From NCBI GenBank assembly GCA_964291285.2, contig OZ219787.1, positions 1,376,001-1,440,000 of the forward strand: a DNA stretch of 64,000 nt. The letters run 5' to 3'. Source of the stretch: Alphaproteobacteria bacterium. GTDB lineage: Bacteria; Pseudomonadota; Alphaproteobacteria; Bin95. Of the stretch, positions 13,262 through 23,285 are shown piece after piece (within the stretch, counting starts at the first letter, position 1; every line of letters begins with the position of its first letter). The position numbers and the translations under genes are program-made. A model generated the notes under the pieces. The model made no database searches, was not told where the DNA came from, and saw only the letters and a program-made list of their open reading frames with translations.

Positions 13262-13718
13262 GGTGTCATTTCTCCCAGATGTCGTCGGTTCATCCCCGCG
13301 CCAGCGGGGAACGCGGAACCCGGACAAGGACGCCGCCTATCAACGTCGGTTCATCCCCGCACGAGCGGGGAACACTCCTAATGATCTGCTCGTCCTCCGA
13401 TGGCAACCGGTTCATCCCCGCACGAGCGGGGAACACATTGAAAGGTCGAGTGCTAGCCAGCAAATGGCCGGTTCATCCCCGCACGAGCGGGGAACACGGG
13501 GGGAGGAACGCGGCGCTGGGGTTCCCCACCGGTTCATCCCCGCACGAGCGGGGAACACCTTCCATCCTGCCAATTGGTCGACGCCAGTACCGGTTCATCC
13601 CCGCACGAGCGGGGAACACCGTAAGCCTTCGGCGTAGACCGCCTGTCGCCTTTCTCCGGGATCTGGGAGGGTATGCGCTCGGATGTGGGCGCGCGTCGCA
13701 GGTGCCCACCAAGGATAA

Positions 13719-14138
13719 GTGGACACTATGCGGATGTGGGACGCAGCCGAGCATGCAGGCTCCGGGGTCGACGGTCGGGGGCGCCGCCTTCGCCGTCGGT
13801 GGAGCGAGGCGCGCAAGCGCCTGATCGTTGCGGAGAGCTACCAGCCCGGGGTTTCGGTTTCGGTGGTGGCGCGCCGACATGACGTGAACGCGAACCTGGT
13901 CTTCAAGTGGCGGGGCCAGTATCGGGAGCTGGCGCGCGTGGTGGGCGGCTTCGTCCCGGTGGTTGTCTCTTCGACGGAAGGGGCGGAGCCGGCGAAGCTG
14001 CTGCCGGCGCCGGAGGCCGAACCGTCTTCCTCCGGACGGATCGAGATTGCGCTGGCGGACGGCTCGCGCGTGACGGTCGACCGGGATGTGGACGCGGCGG
14101 CGCTGTCGCGGGTTCTCGGGGTTCTGGGGCGGCGATGA
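13719..14138 (+). CDS. tnpA: IS66 accessory HTH protein
   Basis: RRRWSEARKRLIVAES...VARRHDVNANLVFKWR. Confidence 0.9.
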   Translation: MDTMRMWDAAEHAGSGVDGRGRRLRRRWSEARKRLIVAESYQPGVSVSVVARRHDVNANLVFKWRGQYRELARVVGGFVPVVVSSTEGAEPAKLLPAPEAEPSSSGRIEIALADGSRVTVDRDVDAAALSRVLGVLGRR

Positions 14139-14482
14139 TCCCGGTTCCGAGCGGGGCGCGGGTCTGGCTTGCGACGGGCGTGACGGACATGCGTCGCGGG
14201 ATGAACACGCTGGCGCTGCAGGTCCAGCAAGGTCTCGGCCGCGATCCGCATGCGGGCGATCTCTTCATATTCCGCGGACGCAAAGGCGATCTCGTGAAGA
14301 TCCTCTGGACTGACGGGATCGGGACCTCGCTCTACGCCAAGCGTCTGGAGCGTGGCCGGTTCCCCTGGCCGGCTGCTTCGGGCGAGGCGGTGTCGATCAG
14401 CGCGGCGCAGCTTGGCTATTTGCTGGAAGGGATCGACTGGCGGAACCCGGTCCGGACCTGGCGGCCGTCGCGGGCCGGCTGA
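14135..14482 (+). CDS. tnpB: IS66 accessory protein
   Basis: MIPVPSGARVWLATGVTDMRRG...KRLERGRFPWP. Confidence 0.93.
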   Translation: MIPVPSGARVWLATGVTDMRRGMNTLALQVQQGLGRDPHAGDLFIFRGRKGDLVKILWTDGIGTSLYAKRLERGRFPWPAASGEAVSISAAQLGYLLEGIDWRNPVRTWRPSRAG

Positions 14483-14553
14483 CGGGCGGCAAATGGACTC
14501 ATCCGACAGGATTGTCATGGCGGCGGGGCGGTTGTTGTGATTCGCTTCCGGGC

Positions 14554-16200
14554 ATGCCGGACGGATCGGACATCGATGCTCTGAAGGCGGCGCTGGCTGC
14601 GGCGGAAGTCAAGGCGACCGAGGCCGAGGAGCGGGCCGCAGTTGCGGAGGCCGAGGCTTCCAACGCCGTGGCGAAGGTGTCGGACGCGGAGGCGCAGATC
14701 GCCTCCCTGAAGCTGATGATCGAGAAGCTCCGTCACGCGCTCTTCGGCCAACGATCGGAGCGCAAGCAGCGCCTTCTCGACCAGATGGAGCTCCAGCTCG
14801 ACGAGCTCGAGGCGAGCGCTACCGAGGACGAGTTGGCGGCCGAACAGGCGGCTACCGGCACGACGCAGGTCAAGGCGTTCACCCGCCGCCGCCGGTCCGG
14901 GCGCAAGCCGTTCCCCGAACATCTGCCGCGCGAGCGCGTGGTGGTGCCGGCGCCGAGTGCCTGTGAGTGCTGCGGCTCGCAGAAGCTCTCGAAGATCGGC
15001 GAGGACATCACCGAGACGCTGGAGGTCATTCCGCGCCAGTGGAAGGTGATCCAGACGGTGCGCGAGAAGTTCACATGCCGGGACTGCGAGAAGATCAGCC
15101 AGCCGCCGGCGCCGTTCCACCCGACGCCGCGCGGCTGGGCGGGCCCCAACCTGTTGGCGATGATCCTGTTCGAGAAGTATGGGACGCACCAGCCTCTGAA
15201 CCGCCAGCGCGACCGCTATGCGCGCGAGGGCGTCGATCTCAGCCTGTCGACCCTGGCCGACCAGGTGGGCGCCTGCACGGTGGCGCTGAGGCCGCTGCAC
15301 GACCTGATCGCAGACCATGTGCTGGCGGCCGAGCGTCTGCATGGCGACGACACGCCGGTGCCGGTTCTGGCCAGGGGCAAGACCGACACCGGGCGGGCCT
15401 GGGTCTATGTCCGCGACGACAGACCGTTCGGCGGTCCGGACCCGCCGGCGGCCCTGTTCCACTACTCGCGGAACCGCTCGGGCGATCATCCGGTCGAGCA
15501 TTTGCGGAGCTACGCCGGCATCCTGCAGGCCGACGCCTTTGCCGGATATAACCGGCTCTACGAGCCCGCCCGATCGCCGGGGCCCGTGACCGAAGCTGCC
15601 TGCTTCGCCCATGCGAGGCGCAAGTTCCACGAGCTCGCCGACATCGCGGCCGGCAAGAGGCGCGGCAGGAACGCGCCGCCGATCTCGCCGCTGGCGATGG
15701 AAGCCGTGAAGCGGATCGATGCGCTGTTTGACATCGAGCGCGGGATCAACGGCGAGATCGCCGAGCGCCGCCTCGCGGTGCGCCAGGAACTGAGCGCGCC
15801 GGTCCTGGCCGAACTCGAGACCTGGATGAAGGCCGAGCGCGCAAAGCTCTCCCGCCATTCCCCCGTGGCCAAGGCCATGGACTACATGCTCAGGCGATGG
15901 GACCGCTTCGCCCGCTTCCTCGACGATGGGCGCATCTGCCTGTCAAATAATGCCGCTGAGAGGGCGCTCAGAGGTATTGCCCTGGGTCGGAAGTCATGGC
16001 TGTTCGCCGGCTCCGACCGCGGCGGCAGGCGCGCCGCAGCCATGTACACCCTGATCGGCACCGCCAAGCTCAACGATGTCGATCCCCACGCCTGGCTCGC
16101 CGACGTTCTCGGCCGGATCGCGGGAACCCCGCAGAACCGGCTCGACGAACTTCTTCCCTGGAATTGGGTTCCGGAGAAGATGCTCGATCAAGCCGCATAA
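14554..16200 (+). CDS. tnpC: IS66 transposase
   Basis: LFGQRSE, CECCG, HGDDTP, QADAFAGY, CFAHARR, SNNAAER, ELLPWNW. Confidence 0.95.
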   Translation: MPDGSDIDALKAALAAAEVKATEAEERAAVAEAEASNAVAKVSDAEAQIASLKLMIEKLRHALFGQRSERKQRLLDQMELQLDELEASATEDELAAEQAATGTTQVKAFTRRRRSGRKPFPEHLPRERVVVPAPSACECCGSQKLSKIGEDITETLEVIPRQWKVIQTVREKFTCRDCEKISQPPAPFHPTPRGWAGPNLLAMILFEKYGTHQPLNRQRDRYAREGVDLSLSTLADQVGACTVALRPLHDLIADHVLAAERLHGDDTPVPVLARGKTDTGRAWVYVRDDRPFGGPDPPAALFHYSRNRSGDHPVEHLRSYAGILQADAFAGYNRLYEPARSPGPVTEAACFAHARRKFHELADIAAGKRRGRNAPPISPLAMEAVKRIDALFDIERGINGEIAERRLAVRQELSAPVLAELETWMKAERAKLSRHSPVAKAMDYMLRRWDRFARFLDDGRICLSNNAAERALRGIALGRKSWLFAGSDRGGRRAAAMYTLIGTAKLNDVDPHAWLADVLGRIAGTPQNRLDELLPWNWVPEKMLDQAA

Positions 16201-17638
16201 GCCGGCTCACGCTCAAAACCACCCCGCTCCGCACGCACTCGCCGCAAAGAAGGGCCTACCTACCCCTGCGGTCTTCGGCGGACGCATACGGAACACCTCA
16301 CGAATGAGCCTGGCGGCATGGAGATGAGCGGTTCATCCCCGCACGAGCGGGGAACACGTCTCCTCATCGAGCGCCAGGTCGTCGCCGAACGGTTCATCCC
16401 CGCACGAGCGGGGAACACCCTGGCCGTGATGCTGCTGGGCTTGCTCGCGGCGGTTCATCCCCGCACGAGCGGGGAACACTTCTTCCACATGCCTTCAGCA
16501 TGGATTTCCGCCGGTTCATCCCCGCACGAGCGGGGAACACTAGGCTACCTGCGTCTGGGCGATGAGCGCGTTCGGTTCATCCCCGCACGAGCGGGGAACA
16601 CTCGGTCGGATCGGGAATCGACGGCCCGCTGCCCGGTTCATCCCCGCACGAGCGGGGAACACCCCCTGCCCTCGCCCAGCGCAACCATGGCCGCCGGTTC
16701 ATCCCCGCACGAGCGGGGAACACGCGCACGCGACTAGAGGCGGTGTGTGCTCCCCCGGTTCATCCCCGCACGAGCGGGGAACACTATCAGCGCCGCGTGG
16801 AGGTCCAAATTGCGGGCGGTTCATCCCCGCACGAGCGGGGAACACCAGCGCGCCGGCGGGGTAGTATTTCGCCGTGTCGGTTCATCCCCGCACGAGCGGG
16901 GAACACGGGCGCGGCGCGGCTGCGATCCTCAAGGGCGGCGGTTCATCCCCGCACGAGCGGGGAACACCCGTTGCTGAGCGTGACGATCCCGCTCAAGCGC
17001 GGTTCATCCCCGCACGAGCGGGGAACACGCGAGGTCGGCGGCGGTGGTGGTGGTGTCGGTCGGTTCATCCCCGCACGAGCGGGGAACACTCGGCGAGGTA
17101 GGCCGCGTCGCGCTCGGCGCGCGGTTCATCCCCGCACGAGCGGGGAACACCATGGTCTCGCGTTGTCCGCCGACGCCACGATCGGTTCATCCCCGCACGA
17201 GCGGGGAACACGAAAGCGGAGGATGTGGTTTGGGGGCTGGAAGCGGTTCATCCCCGCACGAGCGGGGAACACGTGGTGGCGGTGGTGGCGGTGGCGGTGC
17301 TGCTCGGTTCATCCCCGCACGAGCGGGGAACACGCCGTCAGAACTTTGTAGCCGGCGGCCTCGGCCGGTTCATCCCCGCACGAGCGGGGAACACCTCCAG
17401 CCGATGTTGCGGAAATTGATTTGGGCCGGTTCATCCCCGCACGAGCGGGGAACACCGGCGATAGCGATGCTGCTCATATCTGGTCTCCGGTTCATCCCCG
17501 CACGAGCGGGGAACACGTGTGCTGTCTGGCGTGCTGTGCGTCTGTCTGTGGTTCATCCCCGCACGAGCGGGGAACACTGCGAAAAAAAAGTTTTCAACGA
17601 TTTCAACGACGGTTCATCCCCGCACGAGCGGGGAACAC

Positions 17639-17699
17639 TCTTTCTGGAAGAGCTTGATATGGCAGGCATTTTACGATGTCAAACAGCGCACCGGCCAAA
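17639..17699 (-). promoter_or_regulatory. Short CRISPR leader with IHF-like site
   Basis: AT-richer 61 bp between cas2 stop and first repeat; minus strand TATCAAgctcTTC at 17647-17659, close to WATCAANNNNTTR. Confidence 0.65.
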
Positions 17700-18957
<1,258 letters not shown>

Positions 18958-18961
18958 GCGT

Positions 18962-19666
18962 TCAGAGCCTCCGGATCAACATGAGCCCGCAACCGAAGGC
19001 TTTGGCCGGACCGAATCCGCGCGCGATGGCGGACGGCAACAGATCCGGATCCTGCACCTCCAGAACGCCTTCGAAATCAAGGGAAGAGAACGACAAGGCG
19101 CTTTTGCCGGCACCGCGGTCGATGCGGTGCTGGCGGTAACCCTCGCACAGCAACTCTTCCCCCCGTATCTCGAAACCGGCCTTGCAGCCCTGCCTGGCGA
19201 GCCAGTCGAAGCCCTTTCCCCGGATGGCGGCCATGCGGTGTTCGGCGCGCGAACCGTCCCGCAGCGGGTGAAGCGTATCCATCACGACATCGTGCCGGGG
19301 CGCATGGCGCTTGCCCGGCTCCTTTGCCTTGCGGACCGTCGGGTTGGCCCGCAGCGAGAACCGCAGCCGGTCGCCTGCCGCCAGGACGGGGGCGAAGGTT
19401 TTGGGTTCGTCGATCTCGAACAAGCCATGACGGTCTTCAGGAGGCCGCGCCGAAAGCACAAGAAAGGCGCCGTCATCCATCCGTCGCCAGAGAAAATCGC
19501 GGCGGCGGTCCGGCCCGTCTGCAAACAAGGACCAGACCAGGCGCCGGTCCACATCGACGGAACGGTGGCTGCCGGGTCCGGCGTCCTGTTGCAGCAGGGG
19601 CATCAGGGCCTTGACGGACGCAGCGCTTCCGAGCCGGACACGGGACAGCCAGCAGGCGTCAGTCAT
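18962..19666 (-). CDS. cas6e: Cas6e/CasE crRNA endonuclease
   Basis: FSLRANPT; glycine-rich loop GFGPAKAFGCGLM. Confidence 0.95.
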   Translation of the reverse strand: MTDACWLSRVRLGSAASVKALMPLLQQDAGPGSHRSVDVDRRLVWSLFADGPDRRRDFLWRRMDDGAFLVLSARPPEDRHGLFEIDEPKTFAPVLAAGDRLRFSLRANPTVRKAKEPGKRHAPRHDVVMDTLHPLRDGSRAEHRMAAIRGKGFDWLARQGCKAGFEIRGEELLCEGYRQHRIDRGAGKSALSFSSLDFEGVLEVQDPDLLPSAIARGFGPAKAFGCGLMLIRRL

Positions 19667-20427
19667 TCCCCATCCCCCAGGTCGATCACCACCCGCTCTT
19701 CCCGGTCTCTAAACTGCCATCGTGTGCGGCTTCCGATGCCGTCGCGCCGACGTTCGAGGAAACCGCCCGCCGGCGCTCCCGGGGCATCGGCATCAAAAGC
19801 GATCTCCCGCCCGGCGGGCAAGCCGCGGCGAAGCCGTTCCAACGCCCATGCTTCCAACGCGCCGGGCCCTTCGCCGCCGTTTTCGGCGGCAACTGCCGGG
19901 CGCCGAAGCGCAAGGGCGTCCATCAAATTGGCCGTTTCGACGATTTCCGGGTCGAGGGGCAGTCCGAGCGGAGCCGATTTGCGGCCCAGGTAGAGCGTGA
20001 AACGGGGCCGGCGCAGCGCTGCGGCGATCTCATCCAGATCGACCGCGCCGCCGGAGCGCAACCAGAGTGCGGCCGTGAAACAGGCATCCGAACGCCATTC
20101 CCGGCTGGAAAGCACCGTGTTGATCCGTTCGGCCTCCAGTTCCTCACGGCGAGTCTCAAAGCTCTGGCCCCGCCGCGCCGCGGGAGTCTGAGCCGTATGG
20201 TAATCGATGAAAGGGCGGCCGGGCGCGTCTGTCCTGACGGCGTAATGCAACCCCTCTTCCAGCGCACGATGGGCATCATCGTCGCTCCGTTCGATCCCCA
20301 GCGCGGCGGCAACCAGCCCGAGGACGGCGGAGCGTCCCGGCCGCGACCAGCCCATGCGTCGCTCCCCGATGGCAATCTCGCCCAGGGAACACATCGGCGC
20401 GTAGAGCGTGAAGAGCAGGAACCGCAT
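19663..20427 (-). CDS. cas5e: Cas5e/CasD
   Basis: MRFLLFTLYAPMCSLG, PGRSAVLGLVAAALG, DYHT, LYLGRKS. Confidence 0.95.
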   Translation of the reverse strand: MRFLLFTLYAPMCSLGEIAIGERRMGWSRPGRSAVLGLVAAALGIERSDDDAHRALEEGLHYAVRTDAPGRPFIDYHTAQTPAARRGQSFETRREELEAERINTVLSSREWRSDACFTAALWLRSGGAVDLDEIAAALRRPRFTLYLGRKSAPLGLPLDPEIVETANLMDALALRRPAVAAENGGEGPGALEAWALERLRRGLPAGREIAFDADAPGAPAGGFLERRRDGIGSRTRWQFRDREERVVIDLGDGE

Positions 20428-20431
20428 GGCG

Positions 20432-21484
20432 TCAGGCCAGGGCGAAATCGATGAATTCCGCGAGGGTCCCTTCGCCTTTCGCAACGTCCACAGACAGGCG
20501 ATCCGCGGCGCAGGGCCCGTAGGCCCGGTCGAGTTTGTCCCTGAACTCCTCCAGCGCATGCACCGAAGCCTCGCCCTGGTCAGCGCCGGAGACGGGCTTC
20601 AGGAATGCGGCGGCGAGACTGCGCGGCTGGGCATTTCCCTTTTCTGCTAGTGCGTAGAAGGCGCGTGCGTGGCTGGCGAAGCTTGCCTGCTTGCCGCGCG
20701 GTGCCACTGTCGCGGCGGCCTCGGCCAGCGCGGCGACGCTTGCGTTGCCCACGACCCGGTCCCCGCCGAGGTTTTCCAGCAGCAATCCCCGGTCCACGCA
20801 GAGATAGAGGTAGAATACGCCCGCGCCGAACTCCTGGACGCCGACGAATCCCGCTCCGGCGTCTTCCGGCTCGTCACGCGACTTGAGGTCGTCCACGGCG
20901 GTATAGTAGTCGTCTTCCGCGATCGCGCGGTGGGTGGTGATGGCGTGCGCCACTTGCACCGCGGCCTCGCGGTTGAATTTGGGGTCATCCGCCAGCATCC
21001 GGCCGAACATGGCGATATCCGCGGCCGTATCGGTTCGGCGCAGTACGTCCTCGGGTTCAGGTGCTGCCGGTTCTTCGCCAGCGAGTGCGCGATCCGCCAG
21101 CGCGAACGCTTCCGCGCGCTCCTCCGGCGAAACGAAGGCCAGTTGTTCGATGAAGGCCGGGTTCCGGTCCGTCTCCGGCTTCAGCTTTCCGAAGACATCG
21201 GCAATTTTCCGGGCGGCCGCGAGGGCTTCCTGTTCGCCTATGCCGCCCTCGATCAGGTGCCGGTGCAGATCCTCACCGAGCCGCTGCGTGCGTCTGGCGA
21301 GATGGCCGTCAAGCTTGCTCTGGAATACATCGGAGGTCCGCCAGGCGCGCTTCAGGCTTTGCGAGGAGATGCGCAGGCGCGGGGCGCCGCCGAACAGGAC
21401 GCTTTTCGGCCGGCCGGTATCGTCGCGGTTCAGGTTGGACGGGCCGAAGGCCGTCAGCAGGTGCAATTGCAGGAAATCGCTCAT
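20432..21484 (-). CDS. cas7e: Cas7e/CasC
   Basis: SNLNRDDTGRPK, RISSQSLKRAWR, DIAMFGRM, QVAHAITTH, DYYTAVDD. Confidence 0.97.
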   Translation of the reverse strand: MSDFLQLHLLTAFGPSNLNRDDTGRPKSVLFGGAPRLRISSQSLKRAWRTSDVFQSKLDGHLARRTQRLGEDLHRHLIEGGIGEQEALAAARKIADVFGKLKPETDRNPAFIEQLAFVSPEERAEAFALADRALAGEEPAAPEPEDVLRRTDTAADIAMFGRMLADDPKFNREAAVQVAHAITTHRAIAEDDYYTAVDDLKSRDEPEDAGAGFVGVQEFGAGVFYLYLCVDRGLLLENLGGDRVVGNASVAALAEAAATVAPRGKQASFASHARAFYALAEKGNAQPRSLAAAFLKPVSGADQGEASVHALEEFRDKLDRAYGPCAADRLSVDVAKGEGTLAEFIDFALA

Positions 21485-22023
21485 GCAGCGGAGTCTCCCT
21501 GTGGAGCGGTTGAAGAGTTGGATGGCGCGGCGCGACCCACACCGTAATAGTTGAAGATCCAGTGCTTCCTTACGCCGTCGCCCCAATAGAGGACGGATCG
21601 GGACAAGTCCCGCACGTTGACTGTCCCGCCGGCCAGACGCACGAGGCGGCGCATCGCATCCATGAGCTCATCGTTACGCTCGATCTGCAGCAGGCGACGG
21701 AAGCGACCTTCGGACATGACCGCTTCCGCATCGTCGAGCGACCTGCGACCTACGGCGCGGGCGACGGGCCGGTCCTCATCATCCCGGACCCACGCGAGAA
21801 TGCCGGCAAGCGCGGCCACCCGGTCCTTGTTGTCAAAATGGGGCAAGCGCTGGATCAGGCGCAAAGTAGCCGTCTCCCGCATGGCTTCGAGCGGCGTTCC
21901 AGCCCGGCGCAAATGTGCAAGCGCCGCTTTCTGCGAACCGGTCTGCACGCCGTTCTCCGGGTTCAAATCCCGCCACCATGCAGCGGCGATGGAACCGGCC
22001 CCTTTGGGAATCGAATCGGTCAT
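21481..22023 (-). CDS. casB: Cse2/CasB small subunit
   Basis: ALAHLRRA, MSEGRFRRLL, LYWG...W...YY; position between cas8e and cas7. Confidence 0.9.
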   Translation of the reverse strand: MTDSIPKGAGSIAAAWWRDLNPENGVQTGSQKAALAHLRRAGTPLEAMRETATLRLIQRLPHFDNKDRVAALAGILAWVRDDEDRPVARAVGRRSLDDAEAVMSEGRFRRLLQIERNDELMDAMRRLVRLAGGTVNVRDLSRSVLYWGDGVRKHWIFNYYGVGRAAPSNSSTAPQGDSAA

Positions 22024-22670
22024 GCGGCCTCCTGCCTGTTGACGGCGCCGACAGGTTCGGGCGCCGGGATGCCGAGTTCGCCGAACAGCGCCCTGCCGTC
22101 CTTGCCCCGCCCGCCGAGTGCAAGATGCAGATAGAAGCGCGCCCGGACATGGCGTTCCATGCTCCGGTTCTCCAGTGCCTCGCCGGGTGCGACTTCGTCG
22201 AAAAGGCGGAGCGCGGGCGCTTCCATCCGCTTCGCCCAAGCAAGGCGCGCTTCCAAACTCGGATCGTCGGGATCTGCGCCGCTGCGCGTGCGAGTTGCCG
22301 TTTGGACGTCGAAGAATGCCTTGCGGAAAGGTGCCTCGGTCTCCCGGAAGAAGCATTCCGCAATAAAGCCGTAGTCGCCGGCTGCATCGGCAGGCCGGTC
22401 GTAGAGAGCTGACTTCACCGCGCGAACGAGCAGCCGCGAAACCGTTTCCGCGCCCCTGACTGCCTGATGAATGAAGCTCTCCAGACACTCGCGCGTTTCC
22501 TCTTCCGCGAGCAGCGGTAGAGGCCATTCCCCCTCGATCCATGCGCGCGCCTTCATATTGTCCATGTCGTAACCGAAGGCGGTGAACCGGGGCTTTTCGT
22601 CCATCGCGAACTGTCCGCGTTCGGCTATAACATGGCGGATAACCCGTGCGGGCTGCCGCAACCCGTCGGC
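22020..22670 (-). pseudogene. casA: C-terminal fragment of Cse1/CasA (Cas8e), truncated by ISAs1
   Basis: AFGYDMDNMKARAW motif; only about 216 codons remain before the IS end at 22671. Confidence 0.85.
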
Positions 22671-22732
22671 CAGGGAAAATTTTTAGTCGAACCGCGGGCT
22701 TTGTCTGAGTGATGTCGGTCTGGCTGCCGGTG

Positions 22733-23144
22733 TTTGCCGTGAAAATTGTTGGGGATCGGGCGCAAAAAAAACCTCCCCGCCAAAGCACTGCTCCCGAGGC
22801 GTCCGATACTCGCCATCTGCGGCGCCCGTCTTGCGGACCCTGACCGGTAGGCAACCCCGTAAAAGCCCGAAGTCCCGCCCGCGCGGCCGGCACCTGTTTT
22901 CATGATACGGGGTGGCCGACCCGCCCGACAATGAAGGTTTTGCCGTGAAAATTGTTGGGGATCGGGCGCAAAAAAAACCTCCCCGCCAAAGCACTGCTCC
23001 CGAGGCGTCCGATACTCGCCATCTGCGGCGCCCGTCTTGCGGACCCTGACCGGTAGGCAACCCCGTAAAAGCCCGAAGTCCCGCCCGCGCGGCCGGCACC
23101 TGTTTTCATGATACGGGGTGGCCGACCCGCCCGACAATGAAGGT
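22733..23144. repeat. Tandem duplication of a 206-bp unit
   Basis: 22733-22938 and 22939-23144 appear identical on reading. Confidence 0.92.
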
Positions 23145-23285
23145 TTTGGGGAACCCCAGACGTTTCTGGCCGCCGTCATGGTGGTTTCTTGATGCCGCGG
23201 TCCAGTGTTTTCGTCCTCGACGGGCGCAGTTGTTTTGCTGCGCCGTTCTTCGGCCCGAGCCTGTATTGCGGTGGGGGGTGGGGTA

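Larger units (their letters stand above)
13621..16289 (+). mobile_element. IS66-family element (three-gene type) inserted in the CRISPR array
   Basis: IRs gtaagccttcggcgtagaccgc / gcggtcttcggcggacgcatac; 8-bp target duplication ggaacacc (13613-13620, 16290-16297). Confidence 0.96.
12419..17638 (-). CRISPR. Type I-E CRISPR array: 30 repeats and 29 spacers (28 of 32 bp, one of 768 bp), split by IS66 at 13621-16289
   Basis: 29-bp repeat GTGTTCCCCGCTCGTGCGGGGATGAACCG (minus strand), 61-bp period; repeats at 12419, 12489, 13286, 13347-13591 (5 copies) and 16329-17610 (22 copies). Confidence 0.98.

Noticed and set aside
17090-17121. Spacer tcggcgaggtaggccgcgtcgcgctcggcgcg loosely resembles 44147-44170 in the RM gene
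   Set aside because: Short, gapped similarity in GC-rich sequence; not a credible protospacer. No exact self-match was noticed by eye
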